Source of the DNA: a virus
Virus record (IMG/VR): IMGVR_UViG_3300009008_000010
Location: 1-64,000 of that record
DNA: 64,000 nucleotides
Reading direction: 5' to 3' (one strand)
Positions 18,415 to 27,312 of the stretch are shown in pieces. A program made the translations under genes and the position numbers. Under the pieces are notes generated by a model. It searched no databases, was not told where the DNA came from, and saw only the letters and a program-made list of their open reading frames with translations. Position 1 is the first letter of the stretch; the number at the start of each line of letters is the position of its first letter.

Positions 18415-19123
18415 GTTGTTAAAACAAGTTGAAAGTCTGGCCCCTTGGCATATGAAGGTAGATTTGGGAAATGGGCTTTTTACATCGGGGAAATCTGATC
18501 CTAAATCTGTGACAGGTGTTTTGGAAAGGGTTTATCCTCAAGGCTTGGAAGGAAGGAGTTTTTTGGATGCGGGTTGTAATTGCGGAGCAACATGTTTCGC
18601 AGTTAAAAAAATGGGAGCCGGAAAGGTTCTAGGTGTAGATGTGCGACCGCATTGGATGAAACAAGCCGAGTTTCTAAAGACGCAACTTCCGTCCGATGAT
18701 ATAGAGTTTAAACTATGTCATGCTAACGAAGTAGATGTGGAGCCGTTTGACATTGTTGCATTTAAGGGTTTATTTTATCATTTGTCTGATCCTATTGGTG
18801 CGATGAAAAGGTTGGATGCAAATGAATTAATTATAGTAGACACGGACGGCGATCCTTCAGTTCCAGAAGATTGCATTCAGGCTGGAATGGAGAAAACTTC
18901 GGGAGATTTGATGGGGGTAGATGGCCTTAAATGGTTGCCGGGCGGGCCAAAAGTTATGCAGATGATACTGGAATCTCTGGGTTACAAATATACTGCCATA
19001 GAGTATAATAGGCCCCTGTCGCCTCGTAGAACCGAGAAATGCCACAAGAAAGAATTGATCCGGTTTTGTGTCGTCGGCAGCAAGAAAGAGGGAATGTTAG
19101 ATAAGATAGGAAAGAGAAAATGA
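18407..19123 (+). CDS. Class I SAM-dependent methyltransferase (CmoB/DUF1698-like)
   Basis: FLDAGCNCG SAM-binding motif, VLGVD, FDIV..GLFYH. Confidence 0.85.
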   Translation: MSELLKQVESLAPWHMKVDLGNGLFTSGKSDPKSVTGVLERVYPQGLEGRSFLDAGCNCGATCFAVKKMGAGKVLGVDVRPHWMKQAEFLKTQLPSDDIEFKLCHANEVDVEPFDIVAFKGLFYHLSDPIGAMKRLDANELIIVDTDGDPSVPEDCIQAGMEKTSGDLMGVDGLKWLPGGPKVMQMILESLGYKYTAIEYNRPLSPRRTEKCHKKELIRFCVVGSKKEGMLDKIGKRK

Positions 19124-19407
19124 GTGAAATCACGGACAAAATTGTTCAAGATATTGCTGCGGAATACGAATATCAGTTAGAAAAGTGGGGTGTCGAGTTT
19201 GACGACAAAAACACTGTGAATGACTGGGTGGCTTACCTAGCCAACTACTCATCCAGAGCGTCAAACATGGAAAGCCCCCCTAGCAGGCAGAGGGAGTCTA
19301 TGGTAAAGGTTGCGACCCTAGCCGTGGCTGCAATTGCGGCTTTCGACCGAAATGGCCAATTTCCGCCTCGACATTATGAGGAAAGATGTGCCAAAATCGA
19401 AAGTTGA
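19120..19407 (+). CDS. Hypothetical all-alpha protein, possibly MazG-like NTP pyrophosphohydrolase
   Basis: EYEYQLEKWG...VKVATLAVAAI helical pattern. Confidence 0.4.
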   Translation: MSEITDKIVQDIAAEYEYQLEKWGVEFDDKNTVNDWVAYLANYSSRASNMESPPSRQRESMVKVATLAVAAIAAFDRNGQFPPRHYEERCAKIES

Positions 19408-19519
19408 TCAGAAATCTCAAAATTGTAGTTGAGTGACTTCGCTTTGGTGCGCCGTATGTTACAATGTGCATACATGAAATGCACGAAATGACTCTCAGAG
19501 AAAGGGAAAGGGAAAGCAA

Positions 19520-20248
19520 ATGACGAAGAATGGTATTATTGGTGTTGTGGGTGTCTTGGTTGTTCTGGGTGGTATCTGGTTTGTCCTGAGCAAGCCGTTT
19601 CAGACTCAGGTGAAGGAAACCTTCCGCCAGGGAACCGAGTGGACCCCGGAAAACATTCAGGCTGATCCGGTGGGGTATCTCACCTGGGCACAAGCCGAGA
19701 CGAAAAAGACCGAGCAAAAGCTGGAAGCCAGTGTGCTGAGCCTGCGCACAAAGAAGAACGCCGCCGCACGCTCGTTGGAGAAGAACAAGGCAGATCAGGC
19801 CGACTATGAGAAGCTGTTGGCCGAATTCAAAGAAGGATATATTGCTGCCGAAGGTAATTTCCCCGTCAAGATTCGTGGCGTCGAATTTGAGGAATCGGGC
19901 TTGAAGCGAAAGATTGTCGAATGCAACGACAAGCTGGAAAACGTTACGAGCTTGGTGGGAACCTACGAGAAATCGAAAACGACGATTGACCGGAAACTTG
20001 GCGAAATCGAACAGAAGATGAGCGAAGTGACCAAATTGACCAACAAGTTGGGCACCGATTTGGAAATCGCCAAGGTCAACAAGTCCGTCGAAGGTATCGA
20101 AGGTATCGGTGATACGCTCAATTCCATCATGGATACCACTGATGCGTTGGTCAGCACAGCCGAAGACGGCATCAGCGTCGAAGAGATGATTACCCCGACC
20201 GGCGAAATGCGGGTGGACGACGAATTCGACAAGATTATGGGTGAATAA
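19520..20248 (+). CDS. Membrane-anchored coiled-coil protein, PspA/ESCRT-III-like
   Basis: N-terminal TM, long heptad helices, C-terminal VDDEFDKIM; GC content visibly higher than flanks. Confidence 0.55.
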   Translation: MTKNGIIGVVGVLVVLGGIWFVLSKPFQTQVKETFRQGTEWTPENIQADPVGYLTWAQAETKKTEQKLEASVLSLRTKKNAAARSLEKNKADQADYEKLLAEFKEGYIAAEGNFPVKIRGVEFEESGLKRKIVECNDKLENVTSLVGTYEKSKTTIDRKLGEIEQKMSEVTKLTNKLGTDLEIAKVNKSVEGIEGIGDTLNSIMDTTDALVSTAEDGISVEEMITPTGEMRVDDEFDKIMGE

Positions 20249-20274
20249 CCCATCCCCTGCGGTCCACCACAACC

Positions 20275-20309
20275 GGCCCCCGTGCTTGCACGCACGGGGG
20301 CCTTTTTTT
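20275..20309 (+). terminator. Intrinsic terminator
   Basis: GGCCCCCGTGC/GCACGGGGGCC 11-bp stem plus T7. Confidence 0.9.
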
Positions 20310-21273
20310 ATGCGCAACTCTCTCTACCAATACTAAAGGCCACTGAGGCTTCTTTCATAAAGTAAAGAGCCGCTTCATAGGTCGCCTCAAATTCTGTTTC
20401 AATGTCTCTTTCTGAGGGCGCTCGCTGGTGCGTGCCGAATTCTATAATGGTGGAAAATGCTCCCTGTCTATTTCCCCAATCGGCATCCAGAGTAGTTCCG
20501 GGGCCTCCCAAGCTGCTTATTCTGTAGCTGCTGAGTCTGCCTATTTCTTTCTCAATCCTACTGTAAACCGCTTTTCTTTGCGGGTCTGAGTTGGATGCAA
20601 ACAGCCAAATTCTACCGTAAGAGTGGCCAGAGGCGTAGCAGTCGAATTGCATTCTTTTGAAGAATTCCTTCAGGTTTTGAATTGGAGGAATTGATCTATT
20701 GTCAGAATTGCCTGATGGGAAGTTGCGGTTCGGGTCTAATCCGTCACAATGTCTGCTGCTGGGGTAACTATCAGGGCAAACTACAGGGATGAAATATAGC
20801 TCCCTCGTATCCACCAATTCGGTGACTTCTGGGTTTTGACCGTATGTGCTTAAAATTCGGCCTATCCACCACATTGTTGTCCATGTGCTAATAGGTTCAT
20901 TACCGTGAATACAGCCTGTCATTAGGCTGCGAGGCTTTTCTGCCTGATTAAATTCATTGGTGATTTTAATGTAATACTGATCTTGACCTCTTGAAGTTTT
21001 GCCGTAAGTCCCCACTTCTACGAAGTCTTCTGCTTCGCTCTCCCAAGTTTTTAATACCGCTACCATTGCATTGTAATCTCTATGCAGTGGTCGCACTTCT
21101 GATATTTGAGGTAGTCTAGGTTGTTGTGGTTGCGGTTGTTGAGGTTGTTGAGGCCACCGTTGTTGCTGCTGTGGCGGTTGGAATTGCGCAGGTGGCTCAC
21201 TCTTTTTGTTAAAGTAAAAAAACGATAATGCAAACGCAAAGACTAAGACGACGAGCTTTTTTTTGTCATCCAT
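20308..21273 (-). CDS. Membrane-anchored M14 zinc carboxypeptidase (paralog of 9425..10483)
   Basis: TM, Q/P linker, YGKTSRG, HGNE, DPNRNF, GHS, EFGTHQR; AGGAGG SD and ATAAATA upstream. Confidence 0.88.
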   Translation of the reverse strand: MDDKKKLVVLVFAFALSFFYFNKKSEPPAQFQPPQQQQRWPQQPQQPQPQQPRLPQISEVRPLHRDYNAMVAVLKTWESEAEDFVEVGTYGKTSRGQDQYYIKITNEFNQAEKPRSLMTGCIHGNEPISTWTTMWWIGRILSTYGQNPEVTELVDTRELYFIPVVCPDSYPSSRHCDGLDPNRNFPSGNSDNRSIPPIQNLKEFFKRMQFDCYASGHSYGRIWLFASNSDPQRKAVYSRIEKEIGRLSSYRISSLGGPGTTLDADWGNRQGAFSTIIEFGTHQRAPSERDIETEFEATYEAALYFMKEASVAFSIGRESCA

Positions 21274-21320
21274 AACGAACCTCCTGTTAATTATATTTAT
21301 CCGTAATACTCTTTTATTGC

Positions 21321-22634
21321 ATGACACTGATAACAGACTTTATAGGCAAGAACTATGCGACCCGCCCCAAAATCCTTGTAATGGGGGATTGCATGATTGA
21401 TGAGTATTACGAGGTAGAAGTTAATAGAATATCACCGGAGGCACCCATTCCAGTGATGAAGTCTTCTACTGATGAGCCAGTATGTATCGCTCCAGGTGGG
21501 GCAGCTAATGTGGCGAGTCAATTTGCATACTGGAATACGGAATGCGATTTGTTGAGTCCAGAGTGTCGCATCCCTATTAAAAAGAGGTTTAAAAATGGAC
21601 AGAATTTAATTAGATGGGACGTAGAAGATCCGTCTGAAGTGACTGATAAGCACATTGAGGAAACCATTGCAACTTTGAAGGTGTGGTTATCAAAAAAGAA
21701 ATATGATGTTGCTATATTGAGCGATTATGATAAGGGTCTTTTTAGAAACTTCAAACTTGTTCAAGAAATGATTACTCTTTTTAGCACCTATGGAGTCAAA
21801 ACTATTGTCGATCCTAAAGATGATCCTATTGAGAAGTGGTTGGGTTGCACTGTGTTTAAGCCCAATTCTGTTGAAGCAAATAAATTTACAGGGCACTATG
21901 ACGGTGGTTGTCAAAGTGCCAAATTAGCTGAGAGCTTGTTGGATTCGTCTATCGTAATAACTAAAGGGGGTGAAGGTACCTATTGTTACGACGCTTCAGC
22001 AAGACACGATTTCCACTATCAGCCAAAGAAGAGGGCAAGGGTAAAGAGTGTAATAGGGGCGGGAGATTGTTTTGTTTCTTTGCTCGCCTTAGCGATAGCT
22101 CATAAGTATCCGCTTGAACAAGCGGTAGAGATAGCTTATGAGGCGGGGGCTATTTATGTGCAGAGAGAACACAATAAGCCCGTTAGCCCACTGGACTTAC
22201 AAGATAGTAAGTTTGTATGGCCAGTTTCTTTGGCTGATAGGGATTTTAAATTAGTCGTCAGTAATGGATGTTTTGATTTGCTTCATTCTGGTCATATAGC
22301 TTCTTTGGAGTTTGCTAAATCTAAAGGGGATAAGTTAGCCGTTCTTGTTAATTCAGATATGAGTGTAAGGAAATTAAAGGGGCGCGGAAGACCGATTTTA
22401 CCACTATCAGATAGAATGGACATGTTGGCTGCATTAGAGTGTGTTGATTATGTAGTTCCTTTTGAGGAAGAGAGTCCTATGGAATGTATTAAGAAAATAC
22501 AGCCAGATGTTCTTGTTAAGGGGCCGACAAGCAAAAAACCAAGGTCTGCTGAGTTTGTCAAAGAGTTTTATAATGCTCCTTCTGTAGATTGGGTATCTAC
22601 AAGTAACATTATTGACAGAATTAAAAACGCTTGA
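21321..22634 (+). CDS. hldE: Bifunctional heptose-7-phosphate kinase / heptose-1-phosphate adenylyltransferase
   Basis: RISPEAPIPV, GGAANVA, SDYDKG, KPN, GAGD PfkB domain plus NGCFDLLHSGH, NSD.SV..LKG.GRP, PDVLVKG, STSNII. Confidence 0.92.
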   Translation: MTLITDFIGKNYATRPKILVMGDCMIDEYYEVEVNRISPEAPIPVMKSSTDEPVCIAPGGAANVASQFAYWNTECDLLSPECRIPIKKRFKNGQNLIRWDVEDPSEVTDKHIEETIATLKVWLSKKKYDVAILSDYDKGLFRNFKLVQEMITLFSTYGVKTIVDPKDDPIEKWLGCTVFKPNSVEANKFTGHYDGGCQSAKLAESLLDSSIVITKGGEGTYCYDASARHDFHYQPKKRARVKSVIGAGDCFVSLLALAIAHKYPLEQAVEIAYEAGAIYVQREHNKPVSPLDLQDSKFVWPVSLADRDFKLVVSNGCFDLLHSGHIASLEFAKSKGDKLAVLVNSDMSVRKLKGRGRPILPLSDRMDMLAALECVDYVVPFEEESPMECIKKIQPDVLVKGPTSKKPRSAEFVKEFYNAPSVDWVSTSNIIDRIKNA

Positions 22635-22671
22635 TATAATTCAGCGATATAAATTTTACAAGGAACAGTTG

Positions 22672-23658
22672 ATGTCACTTCCTATCCCACTATACGCTCT
22701 GGTAACAGAAGAACAATTACGATCTACTAGGAGCGGCGAAAGATACTTTTTTCAATACACTGTCAAAACTATTGCGGGCAATTTGAAGGCGATGATGTGG
22801 AATGCACATCAAGGTGCCGATATGGACGAGGCTTTCCCGCACGCCAATGACATAGTAGAGTTGACCAACTTTATCGATCAGCTTTCTACCCACAAAAGCA
22901 TTGTAATTAACAGCAATGGATTCAGGCGATTAACCAAAGAACAATTGCCTGAAGACCAAAAATCCATTTGTGAATTCCCCAAGGCGAAGCCAGAGGATCT
23001 AAAATGGGCTTTTTCAGTGCTTGCTGATAAAGAAATGTGGGATGAAGTTGAGCATTATGAGTTCGCTGCTGCATGTTTGGCTAAGTTGGACACAAATAAA
23101 TTGAAGGCGTGTCCTGCTGCTACTGCTGTTCACCACAACTATCAGGGCGGATTGCTTGTTCACACGGCTGAGGTTTTAAGTTTGTGTAAATCTTACATGG
23201 ATGCCGCTGGTGAAAGGTATCCTTTTGTTAGTCGTGATGTATTGTATGCTAGTGCTATCTTGCATGATATTGGCAAGGTAGAAACGTATTCTATCAGTGA
23301 AATGGGGGCCGCAGAGAGAAGCGTCACTGAGAATCAAATAGGTCATATTTATTACGGTATGCACCTTGCACAAATTGTAGGCGAAGAAAGAAAAGTTGAT
23401 CCTGAATTTTTAAATGAAGTGATGCACTGTATTGCTGCTCATCATGGCACCGTAGATTGGGGCAGTGTTAAACCTGTGTTGTCCCATGAAGCTGGTATTT
23501 TGAGTCGCCTCGATTATCTTAGTAGCAGAAATGGCATGATTGAATCCAAGCTAGAAGAGAACGTAAGAGGCAATCTACCACTAAAAGATTTTGTTATTTA
23601 TGGCGATCCGTATTTCGCATCCATTGCCATGAAAAAATACGTCGAAGATAGGATTTAA
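22672..23658 (+). CDS. YhaM/Cbf1-like OB-fold plus HD-domain 3'-5' exonuclease
   Basis: PAATAVHHNYQGGLLVHT, LHDIGK, GHI, HCIAAHHG. Confidence 0.85.
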   Translation: MSLPIPLYALVTEEQLRSTRSGERYFFQYTVKTIAGNLKAMMWNAHQGADMDEAFPHANDIVELTNFIDQLSTHKSIVINSNGFRRLTKEQLPEDQKSICEFPKAKPEDLKWAFSVLADKEMWDEVEHYEFAAACLAKLDTNKLKACPAATAVHHNYQGGLLVHTAEVLSLCKSYMDAAGERYPFVSRDVLYASAILHDIGKVETYSISEMGAAERSVTENQIGHIYYGMHLAQIVGEERKVDPEFLNEVMHCIAAHHGTVDWGSVKPVLSHEAGILSRLDYLSSRNGMIESKLEENVRGNLPLKDFVIYGDPYFASIAMKKYVEDRI

Positions 23659-23702
23659 TATGGATATATACATTAGGTTTTAATCCAAAGGAGGGACACC
23701 TA

Positions 23703-23810
23703 ATGTTATACGTCATATTAGCTTTCGCAGCAGGTTTAGTGGTAGGATGGAACTTCATTCCGCAGCCCCAATGGGTTGCCGATATTTTCAGCAAGTTCAA
23801 GAAAAACTAA
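23703..23810 (+). CDS. 35-aa single-TM peptide (MLYVILAFAAGLVVGWNFIPQPQW...)
   Basis: Translated by hand; GGAGG SD and ATATATA upstream. Confidence 0.55.
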   Translation: MLYVILAFAAGLVVGWNFIPQPQWVADIFSKFKKN

Positions 23811-23826
23811 TTTGCTTTTAACCCCA

Positions 23827-24597
23827 TCAATATGATGGGGTTAATTTTTTCTCTACCCAAAAGAATGCGGTTACTGCTATTAATATTGGCCAGCCGATTA
23901 GCCAAGCAACCGCATAGTCAAAGGGGAATCTAGCCCACCAATACATTCTTTCTAAAATAGGTATATCAGCTTTGGCAGTTGGCCACCACACATCTTTGAT
24001 GACGGCTGTATATGGGATTTTCATTTTTTGGCAAACACGTTCCCACATTATCATTAAATGTCTGGCGTCTGATCTCATTAGAACTCCTGGCGCATTTACC
24101 GAATCAACTGCTTCTTGTTCTTTTACTACGCTAAACCCTAATGCTTTTTTATAAAAACCAACATGTTTGGGATTGAATACAAAGAGTATCACATGGACAT
24201 GGTTTTCACACATGAACTCGATGGCTCTTTTTATTAAATAGAAAGCTAGTTTTCTATCTCTGTAGCCGGAATCGGTGATTATCCGCCAACAGTAGCCAAG
24301 GTGTTTGCTGGTTACAATACATTCATGTTTGATTTTTTCCACGTCTTCAGGGAAGTCGTGGTCTATAGGGAATCCGGTCAAGTTGTTGGTGGTTACTGAT
24401 ATGGTCCCTATTATTTTATCATCAGCTTTAGCTATGAACACAGATGTTTCTGGGAGCGTGTCCCATCTTCTGAATTTTTTGAATTTCTTGTCAGAATTGG
24501 GTTCGATGTAATCTTCTTTGAGATATTCTTTATAAGTTAATTCTTCTACAGATGTGAAATCTTCCGGCGTTTCTGCCTTCCTGATAGTGTAGTTCAT
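23827..24597 (-). CDS. GNAT-fold N-acyltransferase (FeeM/acyl-HSL-synthase-like) with C-terminal TM
   Basis: YKEYLKEDYI, IIGTISV, NPKHVGFYKKALGF, VNAP motifs. Confidence 0.65.
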   Translation of the reverse strand: MNYTIRKAETPEDFTSVEELTYKEYLKEDYIEPNSDKKFKKFRRWDTLPETSVFIAKADDKIIGTISVTTNNLTGFPIDHDFPEDVEKIKHECIVTSKHLGYCWRIITDSGYRDRKLAFYLIKRAIEFMCENHVHVILFVFNPKHVGFYKKALGFSVVKEQEAVDSVNAPGVLMRSDARHLMIMWERVCQKMKIPYTAVIKDVWWPTAKADIPILERMYWWARFPFDYAVAWLIGWPILIAVTAFFWVEKKLTPSY

Positions 24598-24678
24598 TCC
24601 GTTGTTTATTTTCCTTCCTTGTTAATGAACACATGCATATATATCATTAACAATCTTGCTCTTTATGGAGGAAATAAA

Positions 24679-24849
24679 ATGGACAGGAATAGCATACTTG
24701 CATTGGTTGCCGGTGTCTTGCTTGGACTGATCGTAGGTTGGATGGGTCGTGGCGAATATGATGCTCGCAATCAGCGAACAATTAATATTGATGTGCCCGG
24801 CTTTCAGTATGAGGGTAATTTTTGCGAACCAGGAGGTTGCCCCAAATGA
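24679..24849 (+). CDS. Small membrane protein
   Basis: GGAGG SD; TM helix. Confidence 0.65.
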   Translation: MDRNSILALVAGVLLGLIVGWMGRGEYDARNQRTINIDVPGFQYEGNFCEPGGCPK

Positions 24850-25064
24850 GACTTTTTAGTTTTTTAATTGCTGCATGTCTTTTAGTAGGGTGTGCGCCAC
24901 AGCAGCCGCAATCACAGCCTCAAGGTTGTGATATAAATAATCCACAATGTCCCGATCATGGGATTCAACACCGTGATGTTCATGTTAAGCCCCCCTTTGG
25001 CCCAGAGGTTCATGTTGAAGAGGGTGATGTTCGAGTTGGAAGAAGAATTCATATTAAGAAATAA
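24846..25064 (+). CDS. Small lipoprotein
   Basis: MRLFSFLIAACLLVGC lipobox followed by PQQPQ. Confidence 0.65.
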   Translation: MRLFSFLIAACLLVGCAPQQPQSQPQGCDINNPQCPDHGIQHRDVHVKPPFGPEVHVEEGDVRVGRRIHIKK

Positions 25065-25087
25065 TTAATTTTCTTCTCTCCTAGAGT

Positions 25088-25351
25088 GTGGACAAAAAGG
25101 CTAAAAAGAGGCGCGATAAAAGGTGTGTTTTCTGTGAAGAAGACGATTATGAGTTGCTTGATACGCACCGCATAGTTCCAGGTGAAGAGGGCGGGAAATA
25201 TACTGAGCACAACACGATAACGTGTTGCAGTTTATGTCACAGGAAAACACACAGCGGCAGGATAGAAATTTTTGGTAAACATCCTACATCCAAAGGGGTT
25301 CGTGTTTTGCATTGTGCTGTAGATGGTGAAGAAAAATGGCTTCCTTGTTGA
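25088..25351 (+). CDS. Small HNH endonuclease
   Basis: CVFC, HRIVP..GG...N...CSLCHRKTH. Confidence 0.8.
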   Translation: MDKKAKKRRDKRCVFCEEDDYELLDTHRIVPGEEGGKYTEHNTITCCSLCHRKTHSGRIEIFGKHPTSKGVRVLHCAVDGEEKWLPC

Positions 25352-25364
25352 TAGATATATTATT

Positions 25365-25625
25365 ATGAAAACATTTGTAACATGGTTGGAAGAACAAGAC
25401 AATAAAGCGGCACAGGATTTTGCTAAGACTGTGGCTACTAATGTTGCTACGACAAAAACGAGGCAATTGGGCACCACGACGGGGGCAACCCCTCCTAATT
25501 CAGCAGGCGTAGATGCTGGGAAAGTCATTAATCAGGCTGTTTTAGATGCTGCATCTGATCCCAATCAAGTGTCAGGCGCTATTAAATCTGTTTCTGGTAT
25601 GAAAAAGAAGATGAAGAAGAAATGA
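25365..25625 (+). CDS. Putative internal head protein
   Basis: N-terminus MKTFVTWLEE; ATAGATA upstream. Confidence 0.6.
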   Translation: MKTFVTWLEEQDNKAAQDFAKTVATNVATTKTRQLGTTTGATPPNSAGVDAGKVINQAVLDAASDPNQVSGAIKSVSGMKKKMKKK

Positions 25626-25873
25626 ATGGTTTTACTGAATTCTTTTTTTCTGAGGAAAATAGAAACCCCTCGCCACAGAAGAGGAAGCATGTTTCTAGTT
25701 CACTTGCTGTAAAACCTCCTGCCCCTGTCAGAGATGGTGGCGTAGAGCCGCCTCAAAATGTTACTTGGAAGCCTAAAAAAGCACCTACGGATGGAGGTTT
25801 GGGTATCATTCCTAATTTAATTCCCAGGCCCCAGACGGTTTTTGGTAACAAAAGACCCTTAGATAACAAATGA
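25622..25873 (+). CDS. Putative internal head protein
   Basis: N-terminus MNGFTEFFFSE; ATGA overlap with previous gene. Confidence 0.55.
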   Translation: MNGFTEFFFSEENRNPSPQKRKHVSSSLAVKPPAPVRDGGVEPPQNVTWKPKKAPTDGGLGIIPNLIPRPQTVFGNKRPLDNK

Positions 25874-26073
25874 AATATTACACTCTTTACAATAAATTAA
25901 CCGACAAGAAATTGATTCATCCTAAAGTTGGTTTGTGGTTTACTACCAAATTAGATGAAGCAAAAGATATGTTGGAGGATGTCCGTGGTTATCTCGATCA
26001 TACAGGTGTTTCCAATCTAAAAGATAAAATAGTCATTATTGATGCTGAGACGGGCGAGGAATCACTCGTTTAG
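25870..26073 (+). CDS. Hypothetical protein
   Basis: Overlaps the previous stop. Confidence 0.6.
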   Translation: MKYYTLYNKLTDKKLIHPKVGLWFTTKLDEAKDMLEDVRGYLDHTGVSNLKDKIVIIDAETGEESLV

Positions 26074-26076
26074 TGT

Positions 26077-26553
26077 ATGGAAAATACAGGTAGTGGCCTT
26101 AGCATCGTGGTGGAGTGTGAATATCTAAAACACCACCACTGGATGACTTATGCTTCGTGGTATTCTTTAACAAAGAATTTACCAGATGCTAATGTCCTCA
26201 TTTACTGTAAAAGAAGCAGGGAAACTGAACCATTATTCCAATGGGCGGTTAAATTAAGGGCATTCTTTTCTTATAATCCACCTAAACAGTGTGATTTAGT
26301 GATCCCTTGTGATGTCATGGCAGTAAGATCATGGCACGGGGAAAAAATAATTAACGCTAAATCCAAAGAAACTACCACTTTCGTGAGTTATAAAGACGGT
26401 TGTGGTGATTTTGTTTTGTCTGACTGGATACATAAGGAAGAGGCACCTTTTTTTGAGGTAGATACATTGAAATCGGCGGACATGACCGTAAATGAATTTA
26501 AAGTATTTGATTTATGGAAAAAGATGCTTCTTGTATATCGGGAGGTAGGATGA
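26077..26553 (+). CDS. Hypothetical protein (possible degenerate glycosyltransferase fold)
   Basis: Contiguous ORF; weak WYSL..NLPDA resemblance. Confidence 0.55.
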   Translation: MENTGSGLSIVVECEYLKHHHWMTYASWYSLTKNLPDANVLIYCKRSRETEPLFQWAVKLRAFFSYNPPKQCDLVIPCDVMAVRSWHGEKIINAKSKETTTFVSYKDGCGDFVLSDWIHKEEAPFFEVDTLKSADMTVNEFKVFDLWKKMLLVYREVG

Positions 26554-26873
26554 TGCGCGAGTATGATTATGACGAGAACTCCGATGAGTTTCAGGACGAA
26601 ATGGAAGAATTTTTTGAGGAGGAATACGAGGAGTATCAAGCCGAACTTCTTAAAAAGAAGGATGTGCTTAAAGCTATGGAAATGGAATTGGTTGAGAATA
26701 GTATGGATTTGAAATTGTTAAAAGATGTGACAAAAATGCTACAAAAATCGTTTTGGTGGAGGTTTTACTCATTTAAAACCAGACTTAAGATGATTACTCA
26801 GGCGTATGCTGTCATTGATAAGTTAATAATGGAAGTCCGAGATAGACGAAGAGAACAACAACAGGGGGAATAA
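26550..26873 (+). CDS. Hypothetical protein with acidic N-terminus
   Basis: GGAGG SD; ATGA overlap. Confidence 0.65.
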   Translation: MMREYDYDENSDEFQDEMEEFFEEEYEEYQAELLKKKDVLKAMEMELVENSMDLKLLKDVTKMLQKSFWWRFYSFKTRLKMITQAYAVIDKLIMEVRDRRREQQQGE

Positions 26874-26874
26874 A

Positions 26875-27210
26875 GTGCCTCTTTACGAGTTTGAATGTAA
26901 TAAATGTGATTCAGGGTATACTGAATTAGCACAATATGATGAATCTGGCGAATATGAATCTGTTATTTGCCCAGAATGCGGTTCTTCAGATAAAACTAAG
27001 TTACTCTCTGCGTGTAAGCATAGTTTTACCAATCCAGAAGGAACTGACAAGATGAATACGCATGATTATCGAGCACATCATGCAATCGAGAAGCCGGGAG
27101 GCGCAAGCGACCAGCGTAAAAATGCTGAAGAAAATTCGCACATGGGTTCTGATCCATATCCAAAAATTGACGATGTTAGTGGCGGGAAGCATTTCGGTCC
27201 CGTTAAATAA
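26875..27210 (+). CDS. FmdB-family zinc-ribbon protein
   Basis: MPLYEFECNKC...CPECGS...KLLS. Confidence 0.85.
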   Translation: MPLYEFECNKCDSGYTELAQYDESGEYESVICPECGSSDKTKLLSACKHSFTNPEGTDKMNTHDYRAHHAIEKPGGASDQRKNAEENSHMGSDPYPKIDDVSGGKHFGPVK

Positions 27211-27242
27211 TAGAGGTTTATCTGAAAACTCCGTGTTCGTTG

Positions 27243-27292
27243 TTGCTTTTAATTTGTAGATTTAATATACTACTTTAAGTTCAACATAAATA
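27243..27292 (+). promoter_or_regulatory. Sigma70-like promoter plus late-type ATAAATA upstream of the prkA operon
   Basis: TTGCTT-17 bp-TATACT (27243-27271) and ATAAATA (27286-27292). Confidence 0.55.
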
Positions 27293-27312
27293 ATGCTAAG
27301 GGAGCTTTTTAG

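Noticed and set aside
19298-20317. 339-aa minus-strand ORF
   Set aside because: Antisense shadow of the GC-rich gene 19520..20248; no SD, no motifs, and it crosses a terminator.
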